Shown here piece after piece: positions 27,870 to 36,921 of a DNA stretch of 63,448 nucleotides. The position numbers and the translations under genes are program-made. The DNA lies in the sequence record SRR9188677_103; one strand, 5' to 3'. Below the pieces are notes generated by a model. That model ran no database searches. It had not been told where the DNA came from and saw nothing but the letters and a program-made list of their open reading frames with translations. Position 1 is the stretch's first letter. Each line of letters opens with the position of its first letter.

Positions 27870-28955
27870 CTAGGCAGGTTTTCCCTTTAACCAGTAGAGA
27901 TCATCGGAAATAAATCCGTTTTCGTACAGGTATTCCAGTTGTTGTAAGCGGTAAAAACCCCTGCTTTTGAAAGTAGCCAGATCCAGCTGCAACTCTTCCA
28001 GTTTAGCGGCCAGATCTATTACCCCTCTTTCTACACTCCATTCGCATTTGAAACCTGGTAAGGCTTTGGTGATCTTCTCAAAAGAAACTTTATACGTTCT
28101 TGTATCACCCCCTCCCCCTTTTACTTTCCTGTCGCGGATCAATCCTTCTTTATCCAGTTCCGGGTTTTCATTTAAAAATTTCAACTCACATCCCGGAATA
28201 GACCGTTGGATGATCTTCGCGATATCGATCACCTGCAGGTTATTCTCATCCGCGCCTACATTCAGTACCAACAGATCGCCGCCTGCATAATCGTATTCAA
28301 TTGAACAACGAACCGCATTGCAAACATCCTGGATATGCAGGTTGGGTCTCCATGCCTTCCCATCTGAATTTAACACAATGGTTTTATTGGCTACGGCCAT
28401 TCCGGTAAGCATATTGATGACTACGTCAAAACGTAAACGGGGCGATTGTCCGAATACAGTAGCAAAACGAAGGGCGATGGGAGAAAAATCCTTATCCGCC
28501 AGTGTGCGTAGATCCTGTTCTACCTGTAATTTATTTAATGAGTATCCGGTTTGTGGAAATACTTTGGATTCTTCTGTCAGGAGGTCATCTTCGCCCAACC
28601 CATAAATAGAACAACTGGAAGCGAAAATAAAACGCACGCCCAGTTGCTTACACATTTTGGCGATTTCAAATGCATATACCCTGGTAGGATCATATACACG
28701 TGCCGGATCCAGTTTACCCACCGGATCATTTGAGATCCCGGCCAGGTGTACCACCACATCAATATTCATCAGGTCTGCCTCGGTAATTTCGCGAGCATCG
28801 CGAAAAACAGTGTTGGCCGGATAGGCCGGATAAAGAAGGCTTTCTTTAAAAAAGCCTGTATCATACCCAATACAATCGAAACCACTCTCAGTAAGTGAAT
28901 GGGTAAGCACAGTTCCGAGATACCCTAATGACCCTGTAATTAAAACTTTTTTCAT
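27870..28955 (-). CDS. NAD-dependent NDP-sugar dehydrogenase/epimerase (paralog of 33441..34478)
   Basis: TGSLGYLG, HLAGISNDP, YSLNK, RFATVFGQSPRLRFD. Confidence 0.85.
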   Translation of the reverse strand: MKKVLITGSLGYLGTVLTHSLTESGFDCIGYDTGFFKESLLYPAYPANTVFRDAREITEADLMNIDVVVHLAGISNDPVGKLDPARVYDPTRVYAFEIAKMCKQLGVRFIFASSCSIYGLGEDDLLTEESKVFPQTGYSLNKLQVEQDLRTLADKDFSPIALRFATVFGQSPRLRFDVVINMLTGMAVANKTIVLNSDGKAWRPNLHIQDVCNAVRCSIEYDYAGGDLLVLNVGADENNLQVIDIAKIIQRSIPGCELKFLNENPELDKEGLIRDRKVKGGGGDTRTYKVSFEKITKALPGFKCEWSVERGVIDLAAKLEELQLDLATFKSRGFYRLQQLEYLYENGFISDDLYWLKGKPA

Positions 28956-28982
28956 GTTAAGTGCAGTAATTATCCGTTTTAG

Positions 28983-29732
28983 TTATTTGATCCTTTTCAG
29001 GTATCCTCCCGGAGAAGACGAAATTCCCAAACGGGTATACGTTTCATCCACTACAAAATCACTGTTTGTTTTCAGAAAATCATCAATAGCACTTAAGGGA
29101 TTGTCATCAATCCATTCTGCTTTACCTCTTGGTATGTCAGCCACCCATTTCTGCGCACCGTCCTGAACGATCAGGTAAGAGCCAACAGGTACATATTTGG
29201 AATATAATTGAATTTCTCTTAGTACATGTTCTCTGGAATGGTTACTGTCCAGCATCACCATGACCTTTTTACCAGGTTCCAGTTGTTTTTCCAGCTCCGC
29301 AATGGTAGTTTCAGCCACGGAAGAACCTTCGATCATACTGATCCTTTTGTACATCGGATGCGCTTCAATGGCTACCCTGTTGTGCTCCCTTATTTCTACA
29401 TCAATACCGATTACTTTACCTTTTCCCATCAGTTCAAACAGAGAAGCGGTATAAATCAGCGAACCACCATGTGCAATACCGGTTTCTACAAAAATATCCG
29501 GCTGCGCTTCCCATATCAATTGTTGTAACATAACCATATCACTGCCAAACTGGATAATGGGGCGTCCCATCCAGGTAAGCTCATACATTAACTTGAATTC
29601 GGCCGCTACTTTAACCCAGAGGTTACTGAGCATTTCAAAACCTTCCTGCGAATAGAGGTTAACTTCTTCCTGTCCGTCTTTATTTTTCAATATCAGTGAA
29701 GACCCTGCTTCTGTGCTGTAATTTTTGATCAT
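28983..29732 (-). CDS. CmcI / rhamnosyl O-methyltransferase family protein
   Basis: TWMGRPIIQ, ETGIAHGGS, EGSS, LDSNH, GGYLKR. Confidence 0.85.
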   Translation of the reverse strand: MIKNYSTEAGSSLILKNKDGQEEVNLYSQEGFEMLSNLWVKVAAEFKLMYELTWMGRPIIQFGSDMVMLQQLIWEAQPDIFVETGIAHGGSLIYTASLFELMGKGKVIGIDVEIREHNRVAIEAHPMYKRISMIEGSSVAETTIAELEKQLEPGKKVMVMLDSNHSREHVLREIQLYSKYVPVGSYLIVQDGAQKWVADIPRGKAEWIDDNPLSAIDDFLKTNSDFVVDETYTRLGISSSPGGYLKRIK

Positions 29733-29741
29733 ATATTGTGT

Positions 29742-30749
29742 TTAAAAGTTTAATAATGTTCGGGTACCTACGGGTTCAAAATGATAGTCAACCACTTCCA
29801 GTCCCTTCAGTGCCTTGATAATCTGTGCATGATCTTTTTTGGCAGCAATCACAAATAAAAATCCACCCCCACCCGCTCCCAGGATCTTGCCGCCGATAGC
29901 GCCATTCTGTATGGCTGTCTGGTAATATTCATCAATGAGTGTATTGGATATTTTTTGCGACAAGGCTTTTTTGGAGAGCCAGTTCTGGTGTAATAAAGCC
30001 CCTAATTTATCGAGCCTGAGTTCCGGTTCGTTTACGATATTGTAGAAATCTACGGCACCTTCTTTTATCTCCAGCAGGTTTTTTTCATTTACGCCGAAAC
30101 CGCTTTTCTGATCGCTTAAAACTTCATCAGCAGAGCGCTGCATATCTGTATAAAAAAGCAGCGAGTTTTCGAAAATGCTGTAAATATTCGGATTGGTTAC
30201 CGGGGTAAGAAATACACTGCCATCGGTATTAAACGTGAACAGATTTACGCCACCAAATGCCGCTGCATACTGGTCTTGTTTGCCAATTGGTTTTTTTAAT
30301 ACGTTGATCTCAATATGACAGGCTTCTTCTGCAATCTGTGCTATACTAACGTGATCGCCTTTCAACTGGTGAAGCGCATTTAACAGGCCCACAGCAAAAC
30401 TACTGGATGATGCCAATCCTGATAAAGCCGGGAGGTCTGAAGTTGATGAGATATACAAACGCTCATCGATCTCTAAAAAACGGATACACTCTCTGGCAAT
30501 CTCATTCTTTATATCATTCAGGTTATCTACATGTTCTGTAATGGAGTAATTGAGCCGGTATTTTTCCTTAAACAGTTTATTATGCACTTTTACTGTAACA
30601 TAAATAAACTTGTCGATGGTGGTGTTCAATACCAGGCCACCGTGCTTCTCATAAAAATAATTGATATCCGTTCCACCACCCGCAAAACTGATCCTTTGCG
30701 GTGTTGCCGTGGTAATGATTTTCTTCATCGAGTTGTGCTTAATCATCAT
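29742..30749 (-). CDS. hddA: GHMP kinase, heptose-7-phosphate kinase-like
   Basis: RISFAGGGTD, SGLASSS, GKQDQY, GGKILGAGGGG; near gmhA and hddC-gmhB; alternative start 30728. Confidence 0.75.
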   Translation of the reverse strand: MMIKHNSMKKIITTATPQRISFAGGGTDINYFYEKHGGLVLNTTIDKFIYVTVKVHNKLFKEKYRLNYSITEHVDNLNDIKNEIARECIRFLEIDERLYISSTSDLPALSGLASSSSFAVGLLNALHQLKGDHVSIAQIAEEACHIEINVLKKPIGKQDQYAAAFGGVNLFTFNTDGSVFLTPVTNPNIYSIFENSLLFYTDMQRSADEVLSDQKSGFGVNEKNLLEIKEGAVDFYNIVNEPELRLDKLGALLHQNWLSKKALSQKISNTLIDEYYQTAIQNGAIGGKILGAGGGGFLFVIAAKKDHAQIIKALKGLEVVDYHFEPVGTRTLLNF

Positions 30750-31651
30750 ACTATGCTATTGATCATTTTTTTGATACCGTCTTCCATCGTAACAGAAGGT
30801 TGCCAGTTAAGAACAGTATGTGTTTTCTGCATATTGGCCCAGGCATCCATTTCTTTCACCGGATAATGGGCATTGGTTACAACCTGCCCGGCTATGGTAT
30901 CACTGTGATTGATCTGTTTATCTATCATCCGTAATACATCGATCACAGCTGTGGATTCTCCACTGCCCAGATTATAAATACCGGATGGAATTTCCTGTTC
31001 AAGCAACTGGCCAAAGCCTTCCGCCACATCATCTACATACACAAAATCATTCGCATTGGCCGGTTTACGCAGGTCAGGGATTTTATTTTCCTGCAACTGT
31101 TTAATAATTACCGGAATCAGTGAGGCCGATCGCTGGCCGGGTCCATATACATAAAAGATCCTTACCCATACCAGATTGATTTCTTTCTGCAGGCACTCTA
31201 CCTGTAAAAAGTCTCTTACCGCATTCTTTGCCCAGGTAAAATAATTAGTAGAGGTACAGGTATCTGATTCAAGGCATTCGCCAAAAGATTGGTTGTACTC
31301 AAAACAACTACCGGCAACAATGATCTTTTTAACCGAAGATAGCTGGCAGATATGTTTGAAGAATGTTACCTGATTTTCAAGATTATGTAAAGAGGTCTCA
31401 AAAGAAAAATCAGGGATCTTTTCCCATGCCAGATGAATAATAGCTTCGGGTTCAAAATCTTTGATCAGTTGCAGACTTGTTTCATCCAGTTCCAATGAAG
31501 TATTGATCCATTGTAACCTTTCTGAAGTATTTACTGTGTTGTTTGCTTCCGGAGATCTCGACAAAGCCATAATAGAATGGCCTTTTTCAAGCAATATCCG
31601 GATAACCGGTTTGCCGATAAAACCACTGCCCCCTGTAACTAAAATCTTCAT
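30746..31651 (-). CDS. NAD-dependent epimerase/4-reductase family
   Basis: TGGSGFIG, HLAW, GSCFEY, VYGP, YNLGSG. Confidence 0.8.
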   Translation of the reverse strand: MKILVTGGSGFIGKPVIRILLEKGHSIMALSRSPEANNTVNTSERLQWINTSLELDETSLQLIKDFEPEAIIHLAWEKIPDFSFETSLHNLENQVTFFKHICQLSSVKKIIVAGSCFEYNQSFGECLESDTCTSTNYFTWAKNAVRDFLQVECLQKEINLVWVRIFYVYGPGQRSASLIPVIIKQLQENKIPDLRKPANANDFVYVDDVAEGFGQLLEQEIPSGIYNLGSGESTAVIDVLRMIDKQINHSDTIAGQVVTNAHYPVKEMDAWANMQKTHTVLNWQPSVTMEDGIKKMINSIV

Positions 31652-32184
31652 AATGACGCAATATCCAGATCAGGATAATTTTGATCTTTGGCCGACATAT
31701 GTTGCGGAACAACCGGCCACGGAATGGTGAAAGCCGGATCATTATACCGGAAACCCAAAGAATCCGTTGAAAAGAAATCATTCATATAGTAATGGATCCA
31801 GGTATTATCTTCCAGTGTAAGAAACGCATTGGCACAACCCACAGGAATGTATAATGATTCACGCCCTTCTGATGATAAACTGAATTCCTGCCATTTCAGA
31901 AACGTTGGCGAGTTTTTACGCATATCGATGATCACGTTATACACGCTTCCCTTCATACAGGAAATGATCTTTGATTCCCTGCTGGGTGTTTGCTGGTAAT
32001 GAAAACCCCGCATGGTATATTTGTTGGCGTTCTCAGAAACATTTCCCTGTTTTACAGAAAAATCAATGCCGTTCTGTTTCAGTTCGTTTTCACAATAATG
32101 GCGGCGGAATAATCCACGTTCATCTTTGTGCGACTGTGCTTCCATCAGAAACACCCCTTCTATCGTTTGTTTCTTAAAGATCAT
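31648..32184 (-). CDS. RmlC/RfbC-family NDP-sugar 3,5-epimerase
   Basis: DERG, MRGFHYQ, IDMRKNSPTF, LYIP, S.KD. Confidence 0.85.
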   Translation of the reverse strand: MIFKKQTIEGVFLMEAQSHKDERGLFRRHYCENELKQNGIDFSVKQGNVSENANKYTMRGFHYQQTPSRESKIISCMKGSVYNVIIDMRKNSPTFLKWQEFSLSSEGRESLYIPVGCANAFLTLEDNTWIHYYMNDFFSTDSLGFRYNDPAFTIPWPVVPQHMSAKDQNYPDLDIASL

Positions 32185-33410
32185 TTGATCCGGATTGTAT
32201 TAGGCAAAGGAACAATGATTGATCCTGTGTATCCATTGGCCCTGAGTTCTTCAATGATCTCTTTTTCAAAATTCCATGCGAGTAATAAGATACACGCACA
32301 TTTGTCAAACAATTTTTTCCCTTCATCAAATGAGATGATCGGAATATTGGTGCCCGGTGTATACCGGTTATGTTTCAGCGGGTTCTTATCAATAATGCAG
32401 TCGATCACATCGCTTTTCAAACCGGCATAATTAAGCATAGTGGAACTTCTTGCAGAAGCGCCATAACCGATCACACTACCTTTTGCTTTATATTCTTCAA
32501 CTGTTTTCTTTAACTCTTTTGCATGTGTTGCACAATCTGCGGCAAAATTCTTCCATGTTTGTAACTCATTGGTCTTGTTCTTTTCTTCTGTAGCCAATGC
32601 CTCCAGTAAAGCGGCAGATTGTTCTTTTTGTTTCTTTGAGAAATAAATTACCAGTGAGCCACCGCTGATCGGGCTGCGGGTAAGATCGAAAGGTTTTAAT
32701 CCATATTCATTTAACAGGTAGATCATGCTCTTTAAAGAATAGAAGAACAGGTGTTCATGATAAACAGAATCATAATGCAGTTCATCCAGGATGATCTGCG
32801 AGTAGTGGAATTCGATTACCCCTAATCCATCTTCTTTCAGCAGTGAAGCAATACCTTCTATGATTGAATGCACTTCTTTTACGTGTGGTATCACATTGCG
32901 GGCAAACACAATATCTGCATGACCGTATTGTTTTTGAACCAGGTCAGCAGTTTCCATGTTAAAGAATTCTGCCATGGTAGGTACACCGTCTTTGGTGGCC
33001 ATTTCCGCGATATTCTTTGCCGGATCAACACCCAATACTTTACAATCTTTGGCAGCAAAATCTTTCAGGAAAGTACCGTCGTTACTGGCGATCTCCACTA
33101 CAAATGGTTTGGCCACAGCACTGCGTTGTAACACATTGGCAGAAAAGAATTTACTGTATTCATGGGCGGTTTTGGATGTACCGGTAACCCATACATAATG
33201 GCTGAACAGGTATTTCGGATCAACCGTGGCAGATAACTGAACGGTAGAACAGTTAGCACAATGAACCAACTGCAAAGGTACATCAGGAAGGTTTTCTGCC
33301 AGATCTGCCCGGAGACTGTTAGCCGGAGGCTGGTCTGTAAGATCCATGAAAGTGACAATATCCGGTGAGTTACAGATTCTGCAGGTTTTTATTAATTCAA
33401 AAATTTCCAT
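32181..33410 (-). CDS. NDP-sugar C-methyltransferase (TcaB9/EryBIII-like)
   Basis: Zn site CRIC..CANC, EIASNDG, YHEH, GYGASARS, LLAWNF. Confidence 0.88.
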   Translation of the reverse strand: MEIFELIKTCRICNSPDIVTFMDLTDQPPANSLRADLAENLPDVPLQLVHCANCSTVQLSATVDPKYLFSHYVWVTGTSKTAHEYSKFFSANVLQRSAVAKPFVVEIASNDGTFLKDFAAKDCKVLGVDPAKNIAEMATKDGVPTMAEFFNMETADLVQKQYGHADIVFARNVIPHVKEVHSIIEGIASLLKEDGLGVIEFHYSQIILDELHYDSVYHEHLFFYSLKSMIYLLNEYGLKPFDLTRSPISGGSLVIYFSKKQKEQSAALLEALATEEKNKTNELQTWKNFAADCATHAKELKKTVEEYKAKGSVIGYGASARSSTMLNYAGLKSDVIDCIIDKNPLKHNRYTPGTNIPIISFDEGKKLFDKCACILLLAWNFEKEIIEELRANGYTGSIIVPLPNTIRIK

Positions 33411-33440
33411 AAATAAGTTGGTTTCAGTTAAGCTATTTGA

Positions 33441-34478
33441 TTAAGGTTTTGCCATCTGCATTTTTGCATCTACTACCTGTATGCCCTGCAGGTAAGAGAG
33501 TTGCGCAAGCCGGGTTGTTTTTCTTCCACGAAAATCAGCTTCGGTGAAGGAAACTTTTTTAAATAATTCAACCAGCTCTTTTCCTCCCCTGTCCAGATCC
33601 CACTCGGGTTTATAATAATCTGCCAGTTCAGTCAGGATCCTGTTAAAGCTAACGCGGTAGGTTCTGGCATCATTCCCATGCTCACCGGTAAATGTAAGTT
33701 CACTTCCTGGAACGGAACGCTGAGCAGCTTCTGCCAGTTGACGCACCGTAAAATTTCCATTAGGGATTCCTACATTAAAGGCACGGCCCGCTACCAGGGC
33801 TGCCGGGGCATTCAGTCCGGCCATATAAGCAGCACAAACATCTTTCACATGTACTACCGGTCTGAAAGGAGTTCCATCACTCTTGATCTCAATCTTTCCG
33901 GTGGTATAGGCACAGGCCACCAGGTTATTAAACACAATATCGCATCGGAGTCTGGGACTGGCACCGAAAACAGTAGAGGGACGGAAAGAAACCACCATAA
34001 ATTCCGGGGTCTGCATTTTACCCAATGCTAATTCGGCATCCCATTTCGTTCTTGCATAAGAAGTGATCGGATTTTTCTCACTGTTATCTTCGTCCAGTTC
34101 ATTATCCACTTTGGAAATACCATACATACTTTGCGAGGAAGAATAAATGAACCTTTTTACACCCGCTTTTTTGGCCAGCTCTGCCAGTTGTAAAGTACCC
34201 ATCAGGTTAATCTCTTCGGTTAGTCCCGGAGACAATTCGCCAAGGGGGTCATTTGACAGAGCAGCAAGATGGATGATGGCTTCCATACCGGCAAGGTCTT
34301 CGATGGCCACTTCCCGGATATCTTTATAGATCTGTTTAATGCGGGTGCCATCGTCATAAAGAAAACAATCTTTATAATAACCGATATCGTAACCCGTTAC
34401 TTCATGGCCGGCTTGTTGAAGTGTAGGAACCAGCACACTGCCGATATAGCCAAGGTTTCCTGTAACCAGAACTTTCAT
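33441..34478 (-). CDS. NAD-dependent NDP-sugar dehydrogenase/epimerase
   Basis: TGNLGYIGSVL, HLAALSNDP, YARTK, STVFGASPRLRCD. Confidence 0.85.
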   Translation of the reverse strand: MKVLVTGNLGYIGSVLVPTLQQAGHEVTGYDIGYYKDCFLYDDGTRIKQIYKDIREVAIEDLAGMEAIIHLAALSNDPLGELSPGLTEEINLMGTLQLAELAKKAGVKRFIYSSSQSMYGISKVDNELDEDNSEKNPITSYARTKWDAELALGKMQTPEFMVVSFRPSTVFGASPRLRCDIVFNNLVACAYTTGKIEIKSDGTPFRPVVHVKDVCAAYMAGLNAPAALVAGRAFNVGIPNGNFTVRQLAEAAQRSVPGSELTFTGEHGNDARTYRVSFNRILTELADYYKPEWDLDRGGKELVELFKKVSFTEADFRGRKTTRLAQLSYLQGIQVVDAKMQMAKP

Positions 34479-34493
34479 TAGATCAGTTTATGA

Positions 34494-35036
34494 TTAGTAT
34501 TCAATTTTACCTATGATCCTGTCTACCATTGCCACCAACCAGATATGGTGACTCATTTCAACAATATTATAGCCTTTACTGTCGATGTATAAATTCACAT
34601 CGCCCAGTTGCCTGAGCGGATTTTCGGGATTAAAACCCGAAAGAGTTACCAGCTGCAGTCCCATCTCTTTTGCTTTTTTGGCAGCATTCACAATGTTCTT
34701 CGAACTGCCGCTACTACTGATCAGAATCACCAGGTCTCCTTTATCTCCATAAAAATCAATTGAGCGGCTAACCCACTCTTCATAACCATAATCATTGGCG
34801 AAGCAGGTAATCAGGTCTGCCTCATTAAAATTGATAGTACGGATTCTCGCATTCTTGGTAAGGTCTATCGCTACATGGCTGGCCATGGCGGCACTACCAC
34901 CATTACCGGCAATGATCACTTTTTTCCCGTTACTGCTGGTTGTTTTGATCATTTCAACCACCTGATCAAGCACTTTACTGTCGATATCAGCCATTTTTTC
35001 ACTTAACAGCGAAAAATAATCTTTAAAAAATTCCAT
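34494..35036 (-). CDS. gmhA: SIS-domain phosphoheptose isomerase
   Basis: GNGGSA, ANDYGYE, ISSSGSSKN, VEMSH. Confidence 0.8.
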   Translation of the reverse strand: MEFFKDYFSLLSEKMADIDSKVLDQVVEMIKTTSSNGKKVIIAGNGGSAAMASHVAIDLTKNARIRTINFNEADLITCFANDYGYEEWVSRSIDFYGDKGDLVILISSSGSSKNIVNAAKKAKEMGLQLVTLSGFNPENPLRQLGDVNLYIDSKGYNIVEMSHHIWLVAMVDRIIGKIEY

Positions 35037-35064
35037 CGTTATATTTTAAAATGATCTTATAAAA

Positions 35065-35679
35065 TCACCAACAGAACAGAAAGTCTGCATGATTGGCTGT
35101 TTGTTTTACAAACAGGGTTTCTTCTTTTTCACGTTCAAGAATGATCTGTTTGTACTCAGTTTTTTTTACCTGTTTCACCCTGGCGTAAAAATCGATCAGC
35201 CTTTTTATTCTCAGTGAGTCTGCTACTTCTACAAAAATTTTCAGATTGGCTTTGTTCAGCAGCCCGTTGTCTGCCATTGTAATTACTCCTTCCACAATCA
35301 ATACACCTCTTTTCAGCGAAACTGCTTTATCCGTAATTCCTTCCATTCTCTTCCGCGTTGCGGGATCATATACCGGAGGGTATACAGTATCGCCCAACAG
35401 GATTTTTTCAACAGCCAGATTCACTTCACTCAGTTCGTAACGTTCGGCCACTTTCGAGCCGGCTTTCCGTTTATCTACACTGATGAGCCATGAATCTATA
35501 TTAATGACAAGGCTCTCTATCCGGTTTTTCCTGAATTGTTCAGCCAGTGCAGCCGAGAAAGTTGATTTACCTGCCCTTGAACATCCTCCTACCAGTATCA
35601 CAAAAATATCGGCCCCGCTTTCTGTATATGACCGGTGGGCCACTGTAAACAGTTTGTCTATGGAAGTAAAACGGATCAA
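35065..35679 (-). CDS. P-loop kinase, uridine kinase/phosphoribulokinase-like
   Basis: Walker A GGCSRAGKST, IDSW, PVYD, LIVEG. Confidence 0.65.
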   Translation of the reverse strand: MIRFTSIDKLFTVAHRSYTESGADIFVILVGGCSRAGKSTFSAALAEQFRKNRIESLVINIDSWLISVDKRKAGSKVAERYELSEVNLAVEKILLGDTVYPPVYDPATRKRMEGITDKAVSLKRGVLIVEGVITMADNGLLNKANLKIFVEVADSLRIKRLIDFYARVKQVKKTEYKQIILEREKEETLFVKQTANHADFLFCW

Positions 35680-36893
35680 TGAATACCGATCAGTTGTTCT
35701 TTCACAAATGAAAGCAGTGGATAGTCTTCCTTAACCAGGAATGTTTTCATTCCGGCAGCATTTCCTGCTTCCACATCCCGCTCATCATCGCCCGCAAAAT
35801 ACAGCCTGCTCAGGTCCAGATGAAAATCACGCTGCGCCTGAAAAAGCATACCGGGTTTGGGCTTTCTGCAATCGCAGTTGGCGTCCCATCCATGCGGACA
35901 GTAATATATTTTATCTACACTTCCCCCACAGGCAGCCAGCTCCTGCTGCATATGCTGATGAATATCTTCAAGGTCAGATACAGTCATTTTACCTCTGGCA
36001 ATACCCGCCTGATTAGAAACAATGATCACAGTATAGCCGTTCTTTTTCAACAAACAGATCGCTTCTTTCGATCCGGGAATCCATTCCCACTCATGACGGT
36101 TTTTAACATAGTCGGCCTGTGCCGCTTTCTTATTAATCACGCCATCTCTATCAAGAATCACCGTTTTTTTTCTTTCGAGAAATTTTTCTGTCAGTACCAA
36201 TCTTTCATGCGAGCCAACACTGTAATACCTGTGCTCTGTTGTATAGGTGATAATTTTATGTGCGGCAATCAGTTGTGGCATTACTGTTTTTTCGAAGTTA
36301 GGGTTCCCGTCAGGGATCATGTCTACAAAAGTTTTTTTCAGTATAAAAAACCCGATATCAACCCCCTGCAGGTTTTCTGCCTGTCTTGTTTTATCATAGA
36401 CTTCTATAAAACCATCCGCATCAATGCGTATATTACTTTTGGTATAGCCGTCTTTGTTCATGTAAACCGTAACCAGTGCATCTACATCAGCAGACTGGTA
36501 TTTGGCCCACATTTTTTCAAAATTCATCGGCCAGTAATTATCGCAATAAAGCAATACAAAAACCGGGTCAAAGAGGTGTTTTGCCTGTTTGATGCGCAAG
36601 CCTGTATCATCTCCCACATCAGTGATGGAATATTGAATATCTATTCCCCATTTTTCTCCGTTACCAAAATGCTCAGTCACTTTTTCCGGAAGATAGCCCA
36701 GCAGCAACACAACTTTTGTAAACCCCTGCTCAACCAGCATTTCAATGATATACTCCAGAAAGGGTTTTCCATGAAAGGGGATCATGGGCTTGGGAATGGT
36801 ATCGGTGATTGGCCGTAACCTTGTACCCAGACCACCGGCTAGAATCACCGCCTGTCTTGGCCTCTCAATATGTTGTGCAGTAAGATTATTCAT
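35676..36893 (-). CDS. Nucleotidyltransferase (HddC-like) fused to GmhB-like HAD-IIIA phosphatase
   Basis: LAGGLGTRL..PKPM; C-terminal LDRDGVIN, SNQAG, CPH..CDCRKP, GD..D. Confidence 0.88.
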   Translation of the reverse strand: MNNLTAQHIERPRQAVILAGGLGTRLRPITDTIPKPMIPFHGKPFLEYIIEMLVEQGFTKVVLLLGYLPEKVTEHFGNGEKWGIDIQYSITDVGDDTGLRIKQAKHLFDPVFVLLYCDNYWPMNFEKMWAKYQSADVDALVTVYMNKDGYTKSNIRIDADGFIEVYDKTRQAENLQGVDIGFFILKKTFVDMIPDGNPNFEKTVMPQLIAAHKIITYTTEHRYYSVGSHERLVLTEKFLERKKTVILDRDGVINKKAAQADYVKNRHEWEWIPGSKEAICLLKKNGYTVIIVSNQAGIARGKMTVSDLEDIHQHMQQELAACGGSVDKIYYCPHGWDANCDCRKPKPGMLFQAQRDFHLDLSRLYFAGDDERDVEAGNAAGMKTFLVKEDYPLLSFVKEQLIGIH

Positions 36894-36921
36894 TCTAAAA
36901 AAAACGTAGACTTATCTACGG

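Noticed and set aside
35820-36818. 332-aa plus-strand ORF
   Set aside because: Antisense shadow of the hddC-gmhB fusion
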